Shown here in pieces: positions 42,620-53,930 of a stretch of 64,000 nucleotides of DNA. The notes beneath the pieces are model-generated. The model saw only the letters and a program-made list of their open reading frames with translations. It was not told the DNA's origin and made no database searches. Numbering within the stretch: position 1 is the stretch's first letter; each line of letters starts with the position of its first letter. Both the position numbers and the translations under genes were made by a program. The DNA is from Entomortierella parvispora E1425. Taxonomy: Eukaryota; Fungi; Mortierellomycota. The stretch is taken from assembly GCA_020891255.1 (NCBI GenBank), contig BQFW01000003.1, positions 992,001 to 1,056,000 of the forward strand, in the 5' to 3' direction.

Positions 42620-43900
42620 CATCTGCTGGCGGTGCGCTGACCCTTTTCCTCCATGTAGTGGTCAGTTCTCTGGGTTGTCTCGGTGGGGAGGACTTCTTCA
42701 TCTTAATGGCGACCGCCTCTTTTCCCAGCGCTATTTACTTGTCGCACCGATCCAGCAAAACTGCCTCTCGAATGCTTCCCTCGAGTGCTCGGCAGAAGTG
42801 GTGAACTAAGTTTTGAATAGTTGGCTCAAAGCCTGGGCGAGACTGTGGGGTGAGATCCCGCGGGAGAGATCTGCCACAGACCATTGGCGTAGAGTTTCCT
42901 CTACTGTTGTATGATCTTGGTTCCACATTTTCCAGGGGTACGGTCCACCACACCCGATATATGTTGCAATGTTGTCCATAAGCCACGGTCGTTTGGCGTC
43001 GTCATTTGGGTGCTCTCTGGTTGAAAGGCTCTTGCTTCTTTGGAGGTCTTGTTCTTTAGCCCACTCCAGCATTAAACGAGCCTCCTCCATGAGTGTCCGT
43101 TCTACCATGGATTCTATAGTCTGACGCCAGGCCTTCCGCTCGACTGCAATATGTGCTTGACAGTTCCAAAGGTGCTCATGCTCTCCTCCCGGTCTTGGCA
43201 ACATGGGTTGAGGGCTGTGGGGTGTATGTCTGGTCGCCGGTGGTGTTGAATGTCTTGCGTTGGGAGGACCCCACATATATTCTTACTCCAGTGCCTGCGC
43301 AACAAGGTGTCTCTCTGGCTGCTATAGAATGATCCGGTGTTGTTGCTGTGGTGGACAATGTCCAGTGTTGACTTCCAGCGGATATCGTTGCTGGCGGATT
43401 GTGCGTTGACCGCATATCTGTCTGCCTCTTCGTTTCCTGGGTCTGCGCTGTGTCTCTTAGTCCACTGATCCTCAACTGTGCCTTGTCGGTCTGCCCAAAC
43501 TTGGGTAATGACTGCCCGCCGTATAGCGTGCGTTGCTTCGCGTGCGTTCTCTGACTGATGTGGTGTCTGTTTTTGACCAGTTAGTTGAAGTTGTTGACGA
43601 CAGCTAGATCATTGAGATGGGTTCAAGGTTCTGTGTTGGCGGTGCGGACTCCATAGCGCCGTGCAGCCCCATAAGCTTTGCTGATTTGAAGATGTGATCC
43701 TTGGAGGTGCTCCCCAGTTTTGAGCGGGACGTCTGGGTCGACTGAAAGTATCCCAAATGATAGGCAGCTGGCCTTTGTTCCGCGATGAGGGCACCATCTG
43801 TGCATAGGCGCTTGTTGTGGGTATCGTTGGGATGAGTTGAGCGTTTAGTAGCACCTGAGCAGCTGGATAGGGATACCAATAGGCTTTTGCAACTGGTCCC
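42620..43900 (-). mobile_element. Degenerate, 5'-truncated non-LTR retrotransposon remnant (RNase H + C-terminal Cys/His finger)
   Basis: Frame-switching minus-strand motifs in the correct order: RLCTDGAL (~43810), KLMGLHGAMESAPP, NDLAVVNNFN, QWTKRHSADPGNEEADRYA (~43470-43410), LPTQDIQHHRRPDIHP...CC...HEHLWNC (~43260-43165), IREAVLLDRCDK. Multiple stops and frameshifts; no RT domain upstream. Confidence 0.85.
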
Positions 43901-44271
43901 GCCGATAGCTCTTCTGCGTTCGGCAGGTGTAGGTGCGCCGACGAGAAAGGATGCATGGTCACGGGCTGGCTCCGGTTCCAGACTAGGATGTTCCGCCAGA
44001 TCATGGTCCTATTTTCTGGTGCTGAGTATAGAGAGGGAGGAGGAAGAGGTCATTGCGCGCGTCACTGTGGCTTGGCTTTCCAGGTATAAAAGAGGCGCTG
44101 CTTTTTAACTTTTTTTTTTTCTGTTCACCAAATTGCACTGAGTGAGTTCGCCTCTCCCCACTCCAGCTGGTACTCTCCCTATTCCTTTGCTGCTTCTCTA
44201 CACCTTCCTAACAATCTCTCACACGATTCAAGAAGTGGTAACAGCTTTCGACTTGGGCCCTTTTGTTTTGT

Positions 44272-44385
44272 GTTGAATTTTTTTGCGTTGAATTGGTTGC
44301 GTTGAATTGGTTTGCGTTGAATTGGTTTGCGTTGAATTGGTTTGCGTTGAATTGGTTTGCGTTGAATTGTGTCGCGTTGAAATGT
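44272..44385. repeat. 15-bp tandem array (GCGTTGAATTGGTTT), 8 units
   Basis: GTTGAA cores start at 44272, 44287, 44301, 44316, 44331, 44346, 44361 and 44376. Central units are identical; end units are degenerate. Confidence 0.92.
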
Positions 44386-45123
44386 TTTCCATTTGCCTTT
44401 TTTTTTTTTTTTTTTTTTTTTTGGGCCCAAAGTTATTGCTCCTGCTCCGGTCTGACACTGCATCTGCTTACAACCAACTCCAAAAAGCACCGAAGTCGGA
44501 GGCCTCTGGGTCTAGTACCTCGTCTTGCAGCCCTTGTTGCATCGCAAGTCATTAATTTGGCCGGAAGGCTGGGGGATACAGTATCACTGCTTGGACAAGG
44601 TGCTTTTTCAGGTGCAGTCGCTGAATTCGAGTGGTGGTATAAACCAGGTTAAGTAAAGGTAGGTTCGGGACGCGATGACCTGCCGCCTGCACGTTGGCGC
44701 GCCCTGCACAACTTGTCTTTTTGTTGTAAAAAGCCAAGTTGACTGAGAGCAGGTCTTAGAAAGATAGCTGTTGAATAAATAATATTGTGATCAACTTGGT
44801 GCTCCTTGTCGACTGTTGAAGTGGGGAGGAAAGAGCGGAGCTCATGTGAAACACGAAACGCGTCCAGAGAGGAGGTTCAATTCAGAGCAGACAACTTTCA
44901 TTTGGATGCTAAGATGCTGAGGATTGAAGCTCTTGAGAGGAACGTCTTGATTCCATGTCGAGATGCCGCGTCGGAGATGGCTCTCAAGAAGGTTGACTAC
45001 GATGGAAATTAAGTGGAGAACTGGATCCCGGAATCCATTTGCCGACCAGGCGAAATTTCCATCCGAGTCCAAGACCGCAAGGAGAGACGTTGCGCGCAAG
45101 GGACCGGAATCCGCAATCCACGC

Positions 45124-45252
45124 GATTCAAATGGCACCCCTGTGCCAGGCATGGATTCCAGAATCCGATTCAAAATGGCACCCCTGTGCCAGGCATGGAT
45201 TCCAGAATCCGATTCAAAATGACCCCCATGTCAGGCATGGATTCTGGAATCG
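45124..45252. repeat. 44-bp tandem repeat x3, each unit with two internal palindromes
   Basis: Unit GATTCAAAA-TGGCAC-CCCT-GTGCCA-GGCAT-GGATTC-CA-GAATCC. Period 44 (atg at 45131, 45175, 45219); third copy divergent. Confidence 0.92.
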
Positions 45253-45404
45253 ACAGAGGCACGTGCGTGACTTGACCACAGACGCAAAAAAAAAAAAAAA
45301 AAAAAAAAAAAGGGCCAAGTCAAGATGTAGAGCAGGAAGGAAGATGTATTGTTCAATGATATGGTTCAGTTGGCCACTATTTTATCTAAATGTCTTGAGA
45401 TCTC

Positions 45405-48400
45405 TCACCAAGCAATCCTGGCAAGAAAGCTCTTTGGGTAGCTTCTTACGATCAGCTTTCTGGTCTCGTCTGCCATGAGAATAAAAAGGGCACAAGGAAT
45501 GGGCAACAGCCAGTACTTGATAGGCACTGAGGCTGTCAACATCACGTCTTGAATGCCAGGCACCTCCGTTACAAAGATGGCAATTAGAAACGAGAGGAGG
45601 ATCCCACCAAAGAGCCAAAGATTGCGACGTTCCTTTCGGAAGGGATCCGCCTGAAGGATCGACATGCGACGGTTCCGAACTGAGAGAATGTTGCCCCATT
45701 GCATTATGACCAAGGCCACGAAGCAGACACATTGAGCCGTGTTGGTGTGCACATTGTTGAACTCCTTAGCAGTTACACCATACTTGAGCTTGGTTTCATC
45801 AACGACACCGAAACTGAAAACCAAGTCCTGGAACCCGAGACCGGTGTACTCTTTGAGGTAAAGGAAAGCCAGCATGTTGCAGAAGAAGGACATGATCGTG
45901 CCAATAAAGAAGTACGATTGGGTATAGATCTTCATTGTGATCAAGTGGTCCTTCTTGGTGTTGCGAGGGCGGAGCGCGAGCAGGTTATATTCCTCGACCT
46001 CAAAGACGAGAGCAAGGCAGCAACTATATCAGGACAACGAAGGAGCTCGAGTAAGTACAACAATGTCGATTCCAACTAGATACAGGCCTCCCATCACTTT
46101 TTTTTTGTATGACTTACATGCTGTCAGTGCCGGCGCAGATGATCACCATCAGGAAACTGGACAAAGTTAAGGGAGCGCACAAGAAAGTGTTGATCAACAC
46201 AGGCCACACCTCCGACCAAGAGCCAGCAGGAAGGAGATATCCAATGACCTTCTGGAGATTCTCGAAAGCAAGACGACCAAGACGAATGGCAGCAGGGATG
46301 GCGTCGAATCCACCGAGGAGAATGAGGTCGGCCGCTTCAATGGCAACGTCGGAACCAGACACGACAGCAATGCCTACATCAGCCGCTTTGAGTGCAGGCG
46401 CATCATTAACTCCGTCGCCGGTCACAGCTACAACACCATCGCGTTGCTGGAACTCGGCCACGATGCGGAGCTTCTGTTCAGGCGAGGTGCGTGCAAAAAC
46501 GATCTCCTCGTACGCGCACACAAGGTTCCATTCACCAGGACTCAATTGGGTGATATCAGAGCCTGTCAGCACCAAAGACGTTCCTTCGTTGAATCTAGGA
46601 CGGCCAACCTCATAAAGCTCATCTTGGTTGCCCGAGCCGCTAAAGGATCCACTGCTTTTCTCGATTTTGTTTCCCATTGTAGGGTCAACGATATTTTCGT
46701 ACGTGTCAGGCTCGCGCTTGCTCGAAAACAAGCCGATCTGTGTAGCAATGGCGGCGGCAGTCATACCAAAATCTCCAGTGACCATGAAGAACCGAACTCC
46801 TGCGCGACGACAAGACTGGATCGTGTCTTTGATTTCAGGGCGCGGAGGGTCCATGATACCAACCAATCCCAAAATACACAACTCTTGGAGACCCTGTCGA
46901 GTCAATTCCTCCGTAGTTCCGTTCGAGTCTGAAGAGGATCCACCCTGGTTCATCATTTGATTGGCAATATAAGGACTGTAGCGACCCTTGCACAGCATCA
47001 AAACACGTTGGCCACGACGAGACCAAGCTTGCTGAATCCTAGAGAGCTCTGCAATCCATTCTGGTGTGAGGGGCTGTGGTCCAGTCTTCGATGTGGCAGA
47101 GACGTATGACGAGCAGTAAGGTAGGAGAACGTCAGGGGCGCCTTTGACCAACACCAGCATATCATCCTTTTCGCTTGGGCTGCTCTTAGTAGCATCCATC
47201 ATGTTGGAACCGAAGAGGGTCTTGATCAATTGAGGCTGGGCGACCGTTCCCTGGTAAACGGCCATCATCCACTTGTTACGCGAGTTGAAGGGGATCTCCA
47301 TTGTCCTTTCAAAGCAGTTGGTGAGCATGTTCAAGTCTGACGAGCACTGATTCGAGAATCGGAGGAGAGCGCAGTCGGTTGCATCGCCCATGATTGTACG
47401 TTCTTGAAGAGGCAGGTCTACGGTTTCGGCATCAAACTTGGCGTTATTGCAGAGCTGTGCTGCTAACTGGAGTTGACGAAGCGAGAGGACCATGGAATCA
47501 TCACCAGGTTGGGGAAGAGCGTTGCTGCCCGTTCCCTTTTCGATACGAGATCGGATCTCTTCTGGCGTTGTCTCGTGATCCAAAAAGGCTGCGTTCGTGA
47601 CAAACATCTTGTTCTCAGTCAAGGTGCCTGTCTTGTCAGAGCAGATAACATTAACACAGCCAAGGGTCTCGACCGTGCTTAAAGCTTTTGGCAAGATATC
47701 GGCATCTCGCATGCGCCTGGCGATCATAAGCAGGGTGACCGACACGCACACAGGCACACCTGGGAAATGAAGTTCAAAGAATAGCGCGTTAATGTTTGTT
47801 GTGGGTCTCAATTGCGAAAATAGACAGTGAATGACAAAGTATCAGTTCTTACCTTCTGGAATAAAAGCAATGACACATCCCATCAAAGTCACCAGCATTG
47901 TGGCGGTACTCATGAAGTCTGGGTGGATTCGATGAAGCCATGCCAGCCAAACAATCAGGATGAGCGCGATCAACAGCACAGTCATGGTGATAATGATCTT
48001 GACGAAGCGAGTAATCTCCTGTTGGATAATGGTTGGCTTGGCTTTACGACCAGTGGTCAGCTTGTTGATACGACCCATTAGCGTTTCATTGCCCTTCAAG
48101 ACAACGACACCGACACACGAACCCTGGACAACATGAGTTCCCATGAAGGCGATGTTCTTGGACTCAAGGAAATTGTCATCTGTCATGGACGTGTGTGCCT
48201 CAATGGCCTCTGACTCGCCTGTGAGGACAGAACGATCAAATCGAGTGTCGGAGGTAGCTTGAAGAATACGCAGATCGGCAGGAACTTTGTTTCCTAGCGA
48301 CAGATGGACACGGTCTCCAACGACCAAATTTGAGGCCATGATCTTGGTTAAAACGCCATCACGGATGACGTGACATTCCGAGGGGATCATGTCCAAAATA

Positions 48401-49065
48401 GAAGACATAACTCTGGCCGTCGAAAAGTCCTGGAAGGCAGAGAAAGACGCTTGCAGAAGAATGACGGCAATCTACCATGAGAAATGAAAGACGGTCAAAA
48501 AAAAAAAATCAATTCGCACTGATCGCAAGGATTTCGTTCTCAAAACTCAACTTACAACAAGAATTGCCAAGGCGAGATTTGTGACATTTGGAGGGTCGGA
48601 CAGAGGTGGCTGCCAGCAAATGAAAAAGGTGATGACACCGACCCAGAGGATTGAGCAGAAGCCTCCAAAGAGATAACCTAGGATCTTTTTCAAATAGCTG
48701 GGCTTTCTCATCTGCAAGGTGTTCAGGCCATGAGCCTGAAGTCGACGTTTGGCCTCGCTTGAAGTCAAACCCTGGGTTGCGTTGGAGTTAAAGCGCAGGT
48801 CGATCTCATTGGGAGCCAACTTGTGGAAATCGACGGTAGCGAAGAAGTCAGACTCAGAGGACAGATCCGCGTCTTTCTTGCCGTTGCCTCCTTTCTTGGA
48901 AAAGGCCTTGCCGGTGCCTTGCTTGCCTGAGCGGTTGGTTTCCGTAACATGAATCGAGAGCGTTCGGAACTCAATTGGTACGGCATTCCCCTGAGCTCGC
49001 TCGATAGTTTGGGTTCTTGCCAGGGCAAGAGATTTTCTATTCCCAAGGTCTTTCTCGCCTGCCAT
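45405..49065 (-). CDS. P2-type cation-transporting ATPase, Na+/K+-ATPase-alpha-like fungal type (possibly ACU-type), multi-exon
   Basis: LTGESE, IAFIPEG|VPVCVSVTL, ICSDKTGTLTENKM, EIPFNSRNKW, VKGAPD, MDPPR, MVTGD, FARTSPEQK, TGDGVNDAPALK, YLLPAGSWSE and DETRKLIVRSYP. Confidence 0.93.
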
Positions 49066-50883
49066 GCTGAAGAGCGGGAGAGGGCAAGGGCAATAGAGAT
49101 CTTTCTAAGGATAAGAGAAGGAGGGGGGAGACGAAGGAAAAGTGGGGAGAGAAGTCAAAGAGAGTGAGGGGAAGGATCGGCGAAAGGATGCAGAGGAGGG
49201 ATGCAAGATGAAATGAAGGAGAGAGAGGGCGAGCTTTTCAACTTGAAGGAAAGAAATTCTACGGGGTCGCTATTTATTGTCGATCTGAAGATGGTGTGTG
49301 CACCTTTCCAATTCCACGCTCCTTGAATACATTAGGTGTCCGTCGTCAGTTTTTTTCAAGCAGGAGGCATTTGCATTTTGTTTTGAGCGATTTTCGCCAG
49401 GACTAGAGAAAAATATAGCACTCACGCCTTCTGATCACTCATCGCCCAGGGCTGTGAACCGCACATCACCTTGTTTGTCTGTGCCTGCATGTCGCTGCAT
49501 CGTTCTCTCTTCCACCCCAAACTCCAAATCAATAAAAGGACGCCAAAGTCCTCTTGCTATGCTTCCCCCTCTCATGACAAACCACGACCAACCTTTGTCG
49601 ATGAGATGATATCAGGTCCTCGGAGAAACCTTCAGAGAGATAGTTCATCCCCTTGATTCACGTCTGATGCAATCTTCCAGTGCTTGACCTGGTCATTGCT
49701 TTTGCACCGAGCTCTAATCTTTGCTAAAGTCAATTTGTGTAAGCGTAGCTCCAAAGACTGTCCATTCATCGGTAAGCTCTCATATTTTGCCCATTTTCGC
49801 TGGGACGCGCTGTTTTCTTCGTTGATTTTTTTTCTCTATTGGCTGAAGGCGAGATGAAAGAGAAACTTCCTCCGATCCAAACCTGTGGCTCGTTCTTTTA
49901 CGCACCTCCAGAGAATTGCCTCAGATGGAGCACTCTGGCGCCAAATTCAAAAAATGAGGCTTTTTTTTTTGGTGGACAAGATCTACATTACATACCCTTA
50001 AGAGGTTTTCTGGCCCGCAGAGTCCTTTTGAAGTCCAGACTGGTGGTAGCCCTTGTCAAAATATGGAAGATGACCTCACTTTGCTTTGGAGATGCTGCTA
50101 AAGAGTCCATCACGTGTGGACAGAGCTACTACATTCGAAAATGACAACGCAAGCACCAGCAGCGTTGAACAGTTGACAGCTGCATGACAACAACTTTCAG
50201 TTGAACTGGCGCGCAAGAGCTGTTTCACAACGCGTCAAGAAAATAAAGTCCTCAATCTGTGGTCTGCTGGAGTGGAGGGCGTAGCTGTCAATTGTTCCCT
50301 GTGGCATTTGTGAGCAACCACCAGTTTTTTTCCTGGTTTGGAAACTCAGCCCTATCTCGAAGCAAGGCAAGAAGGCGGATATGCAAGCGCGCGCCTAATT
50401 GAGTCAAAGAGGAGGTTTTTTTTATCTGGGAATGGACTCTATGACTCTCATCATCCTTCGGCTTCTAGGGATGGAGACTCCGATGCTCTTTGATGTTGTC
50501 AGCCAGCCTGCAGCCTTGTGCGTTCCGCCGGGGAATCTTTGTGCGTGCACAAACGTGATCCAAGAGTGCGCAGGGACAAAGCAGTTGGCCAACCTCGGCT
50601 GTCGTTCGTCGGTGAGGGTAAACATGGACACACAGGAATAAAGGGGACGCCACCAGAGCGCGTTTCACAGGCACAGGTGCGAGCTGCTGACGCACCACGC
50701 CTTTCCCTCCCGACAGAACTCATAAGAAGAAGGTAATGCACCCTCCCTCCATGGACGGAGGTCATGGCCATGAGCTTTTCCCTCCCTTCTCTCATTCTCT
50801 CTACTCCGTTTGTTTGTGTCATCATGTAATGACTTTTATAATTCCTGTCATGGCTCACACCAGTCAATTCTCATAGTTCAGAC

Positions 50884-53571
50884 ATGGTCCTTAGACAAGA
50901 CGACAATGTTCTTTGGTTCTTACCCACAACTGTAGTTGCAGCCGTCACCGTCGACCCTTTGATATCGCCATCTTCATCGTCTCTGAGTGATCCTGGCCGG
51001 TCGACCGGCAACGATATGCAATCTTCTGCGACAACCAAAGTCAAGCCTACTTTATCCGCAGCCCAGCACTGGCCAATTGTGTATGGTCCCATGTTTGAGC
51101 CATTTCTGCCAGGGTCCCAGAGGAGACGGAGGCCACGCCAACCTAGAGTCTCTGCCGCCCCTCCAGCGACGCGACATGACTACGTTCTTCAACAGCAGCA
51201 GCAGCAATTGGGCTGCCCCAACGACCTCAGGGGTATCAGAGCCACAAGCAATCCTCGATCTTGGGACATTTCCTTGCTGGAAAACAACTCGTGTTCGCAG
51301 AGTTTGACCGGTGACTATGAAATGTACTATGAGGATATGCCTTTGGAGCTACTCGGGAATGTTTTCAGCAGTTTCATGCAGATCTCTGCTGAAAGTCTCG
51401 CGCGCTTGGCGGAGGAGCGGACTCTGGCCAGGAATCGAGCTCGAAGACCGGCACGTATGACTACGTCAACAGTAGACAACTCGATACCACCCCATCTTCG
51501 TCTCCGTTTGCAACAACATCAGATCCAGAGATCTCAATCACGGTATAGCCAGGACTCTTCAGAGACAACAATGCACTTTACAGTGAATGACAGCGACACA
51601 GATAGCCAAACTGGTAGCGACGGAGAATTAGAAAGTAGTACTGTGTCAAGTCAGGAATCAGAGGACTCAATGCCCGATAATGACGATAGTAATCGCAGCA
51701 GCAGCAGCAGCGAAGACGAAAGTCAGGACATTGGCATGAACTTTCAAAGCGACTCCAACTCGACTATATCATCATATACTACCTCTGATGAGGACGAGAG
51801 ACCAGCTGGTCGTGGAGCGAGAGGTTTCACCAAAGGCTACGACTCTTTTGCTCAATACGAGTGCAGCTGTCACCCCGCCATTCGTGAAGCCACAGACCAA
51901 CATTCCCGGCCTAGACTCGGTATCAACAGAGTCGATAATGACATGGACGAAGCGACGATGTTATATCTCATCCACCGAGATCAGTATTTTCATCCAACAA
52001 CTCACACATCTTTACGATCAGATCTTTATCGATGTTCACTCGTGAATCGACAGTGGCGACTTGCAGCCTTGCCGCTTCTCTGGCAAAGTGTGGTCTTGGA
52101 CTCGGAAAGTTGTCGAACTGAACATATCATAAGACCGTGTAGGCGTCATAGAGTAGACGCCGAGGCAACGCAATTGTCAATGACCAAAACTCGTCTTGAG
52201 GTCATGCTGGACTCCTATCTACAGATATATGGCCTGGACTTGGCCAAATGTGTCAAAACTGTGGAGTTGGATCTTCGATTGTTGATTTGGTCCGCGGACG
52301 GAGAATCAGTAAGAAGGATTCTTAATCGCCTTTCACCATTTGCACATCTTCGTCTCATTTGGGCTGAAAAAGAGAGCGCCGAGGAAATGGCTACAGGGTT
52401 CCGAACCGCCATGCAGGGGATTCATGGGCACATACGACACCTGCATTTCTCACCAGGATTTGTTTTTTCCAAGGCATGGGCCCAAGAAATGGCAATCATG
52501 ACAAGATTGGAGCATCTGACACTGGAGCGACAGTCAGCACTGGAAACAATGGGTTATAACTGGGGCAGGATCAGACATTTGACTCTACATGCTGCTATCC
52601 CCATGAACCTCCTTCACTTTTCTTCGACAGTATCAACCACATCAACGGATCTGACAGATGTTGTCCCTAGTATAATCGCATCAACATCCACCTCGGATCA
52701 TGCTCAATCGAGCCATATTGCAGGGGGTTCAGCCTTGGTAGGTGATCTGTTGGCTTCCACAGCTAGTAACCTCTCAGCAGTATCGAACAGTACCAGTCAT
52801 AGCCATCCTACTGTCCATCCCCAGAAATCGCCTATTGGGTGGTGGCAGTGGGCCAGCCTGGAGGTACTGGAGGTAGTAATCAAAGGCTCGGTCTTGCCTC
52901 GCCAGTGGCTGCTAGATCTTGCAGAGGCAATTGGGGAACAGTCGAATCTTGTCAGGCAGTTATCGGCCTTTCAGCAAAAGTCCGGTGGGGGGCCGGTAGT
53001 TTGGACTCCAAAAATACCAACGGCCACGGTTGGCAACCGTGTCTTATCATTTGGTCCACCGCTGAGAGTTCTTCGACTGGACTGTCAGATATCCCATCCT
53101 CACAAAGACATCTTTGTAGGTTTGGTCCACTCTTGGGGCCAATACTTAGAGGAATTTCATGTCCATCATAGTGCCGAGTTGACAGATGATTTTTTCTGGC
53201 TCTGTCTTCAGAAAATGACAAGGCTCAAGAAGTTAAGTCTTCGAGACTCGAAGGGCATCACAGGCGAAGGAGTTTTCTGTCCGAGAGCCGATTCATCGTG
53301 TGCAAGTGCAGGTGATGGCTCGACGAGGACGACGGGGAAATTAATGGCGAGGCCCTCCATGGGGCTGGCAGCACGGATACAGAAAACATCAGAAACAATA
53401 GCAACACTGGCTATATCAAACACCACGCTGGCGGAGATACCGATTCTGTGGCCTCATGAATTTTGTGAGCTACGTCTAGACCAGTCGCGTGTCCGTCGCG
53501 AGTTCCTCCAAGCCCTGAAAGAGCGATGCCCTGGCGCGTGCTATTCAATCCGAGAAGTGCGGCAAGGGTAA
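50884..53571 (+). CDS. Hypothetical protein with long disordered N-half, F-box-like motif and RNI-like C-terminus (895 aa, intronless)
   Basis: Long ORF. SDLYRCSLVNRQWRLAALPLLWQSVVL resembles the distal half of an F-box. LRR-like LRVLRLDC, LEEFHV, LKKLSLRDSKGIT. S/D/E-rich and R-rich N-half. Confidence 0.75.
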   Translation: MVLRQDDNVLWFLPTTVVAAVTVDPLISPSSSSLSDPGRSTGNDMQSSATTKVKPTLSAAQHWPIVYGPMFEPFLPGSQRRRRPRQPRVSAAPPATRHDYVLQQQQQQLGCPNDLRGIRATSNPRSWDISLLENNSCSQSLTGDYEMYYEDMPLELLGNVFSSFMQISAESLARLAEERTLARNRARRPARMTTSTVDNSIPPHLRLRLQQHQIQRSQSRYSQDSSETTMHFTVNDSDTDSQTGSDGELESSTVSSQESEDSMPDNDDSNRSSSSSEDESQDIGMNFQSDSNSTISSYTTSDEDERPAGRGARGFTKGYDSFAQYECSCHPAIREATDQHSRPRLGINRVDNDMDEATMLYLIHRDQYFHPTTHTSLRSDLYRCSLVNRQWRLAALPLLWQSVVLDSESCRTEHIIRPCRRHRVDAEATQLSMTKTRLEVMLDSYLQIYGLDLAKCVKTVELDLRLLIWSADGESVRRILNRLSPFAHLRLIWAEKESAEEMATGFRTAMQGIHGHIRHLHFSPGFVFSKAWAQEMAIMTRLEHLTLERQSALETMGYNWGRIRHLTLHAAIPMNLLHFSSTVSTTSTDLTDVVPSIIASTSTSDHAQSSHIAGGSALVGDLLASTASNLSAVSNSTSHSHPTVHPQKSPIGWWQWASLEVLEVVIKGSVLPRQWLLDLAEAIGEQSNLVRQLSAFQQKSGGGPVVWTPKIPTATVGNRVLSFGPPLRVLRLDCQISHPHKDIFVGLVHSWGQYLEEFHVHHSAELTDDFFWLCLQKMTRLKKLSLRDSKGITGEGVFCPRADSSCASAGDGSTRTTGKLMARPSMGLAARIQKTSETIATLAISNTTLAEIPILWPHEFCELRLDQSRVRREFLQALKERCPGACYSIREVRQG

Positions 53572-53930
53572 AATTGGATACTCAACATTTGACAATAAAA
53601 ACTTTGTCATAATTTCAACTCACTGAAAAAAGAGAGGGGACCTTACCAGTACTCCTCACTTCTTCTGAAGCTCTAATGAATCCCACCGCTTTCAAAGGAA
53701 TGGTGAGAGAACAGCGGGAGTGGGAAGACAAACTCATTCAGTGAAAGAAAAATGGCAAAAAGCGCTCCTCCCATATTCACTTTTCCAACCATATTTCGAA
53801 TAATTTTATTCTTAATTTTTTATTCTGATAATAAACTATTCCATGTCATTCAAAAAGGAAAAGGCCAACGCGGATCTCCTGATCTGATTCATTCTTCCTC
53901 CGCTTCTCAAACAACAACCCTTTGCTCTCC

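Noticed and set aside
42304-43695. 12-bp direct repeat ATTTGAAGATGT (42304 and 43684) as a LINE target-site duplication
   Set aside because: The second copy lies inside the RNase H homology, which continues upstream to ~43810, so it cannot be the element boundary.
44272-45252. 15-bp and 44-bp arrays as CRISPR-like loci
   Set aside because: Units are directly adjacent with no unique spacers, there are no cas genes, and the context is eukaryotic.
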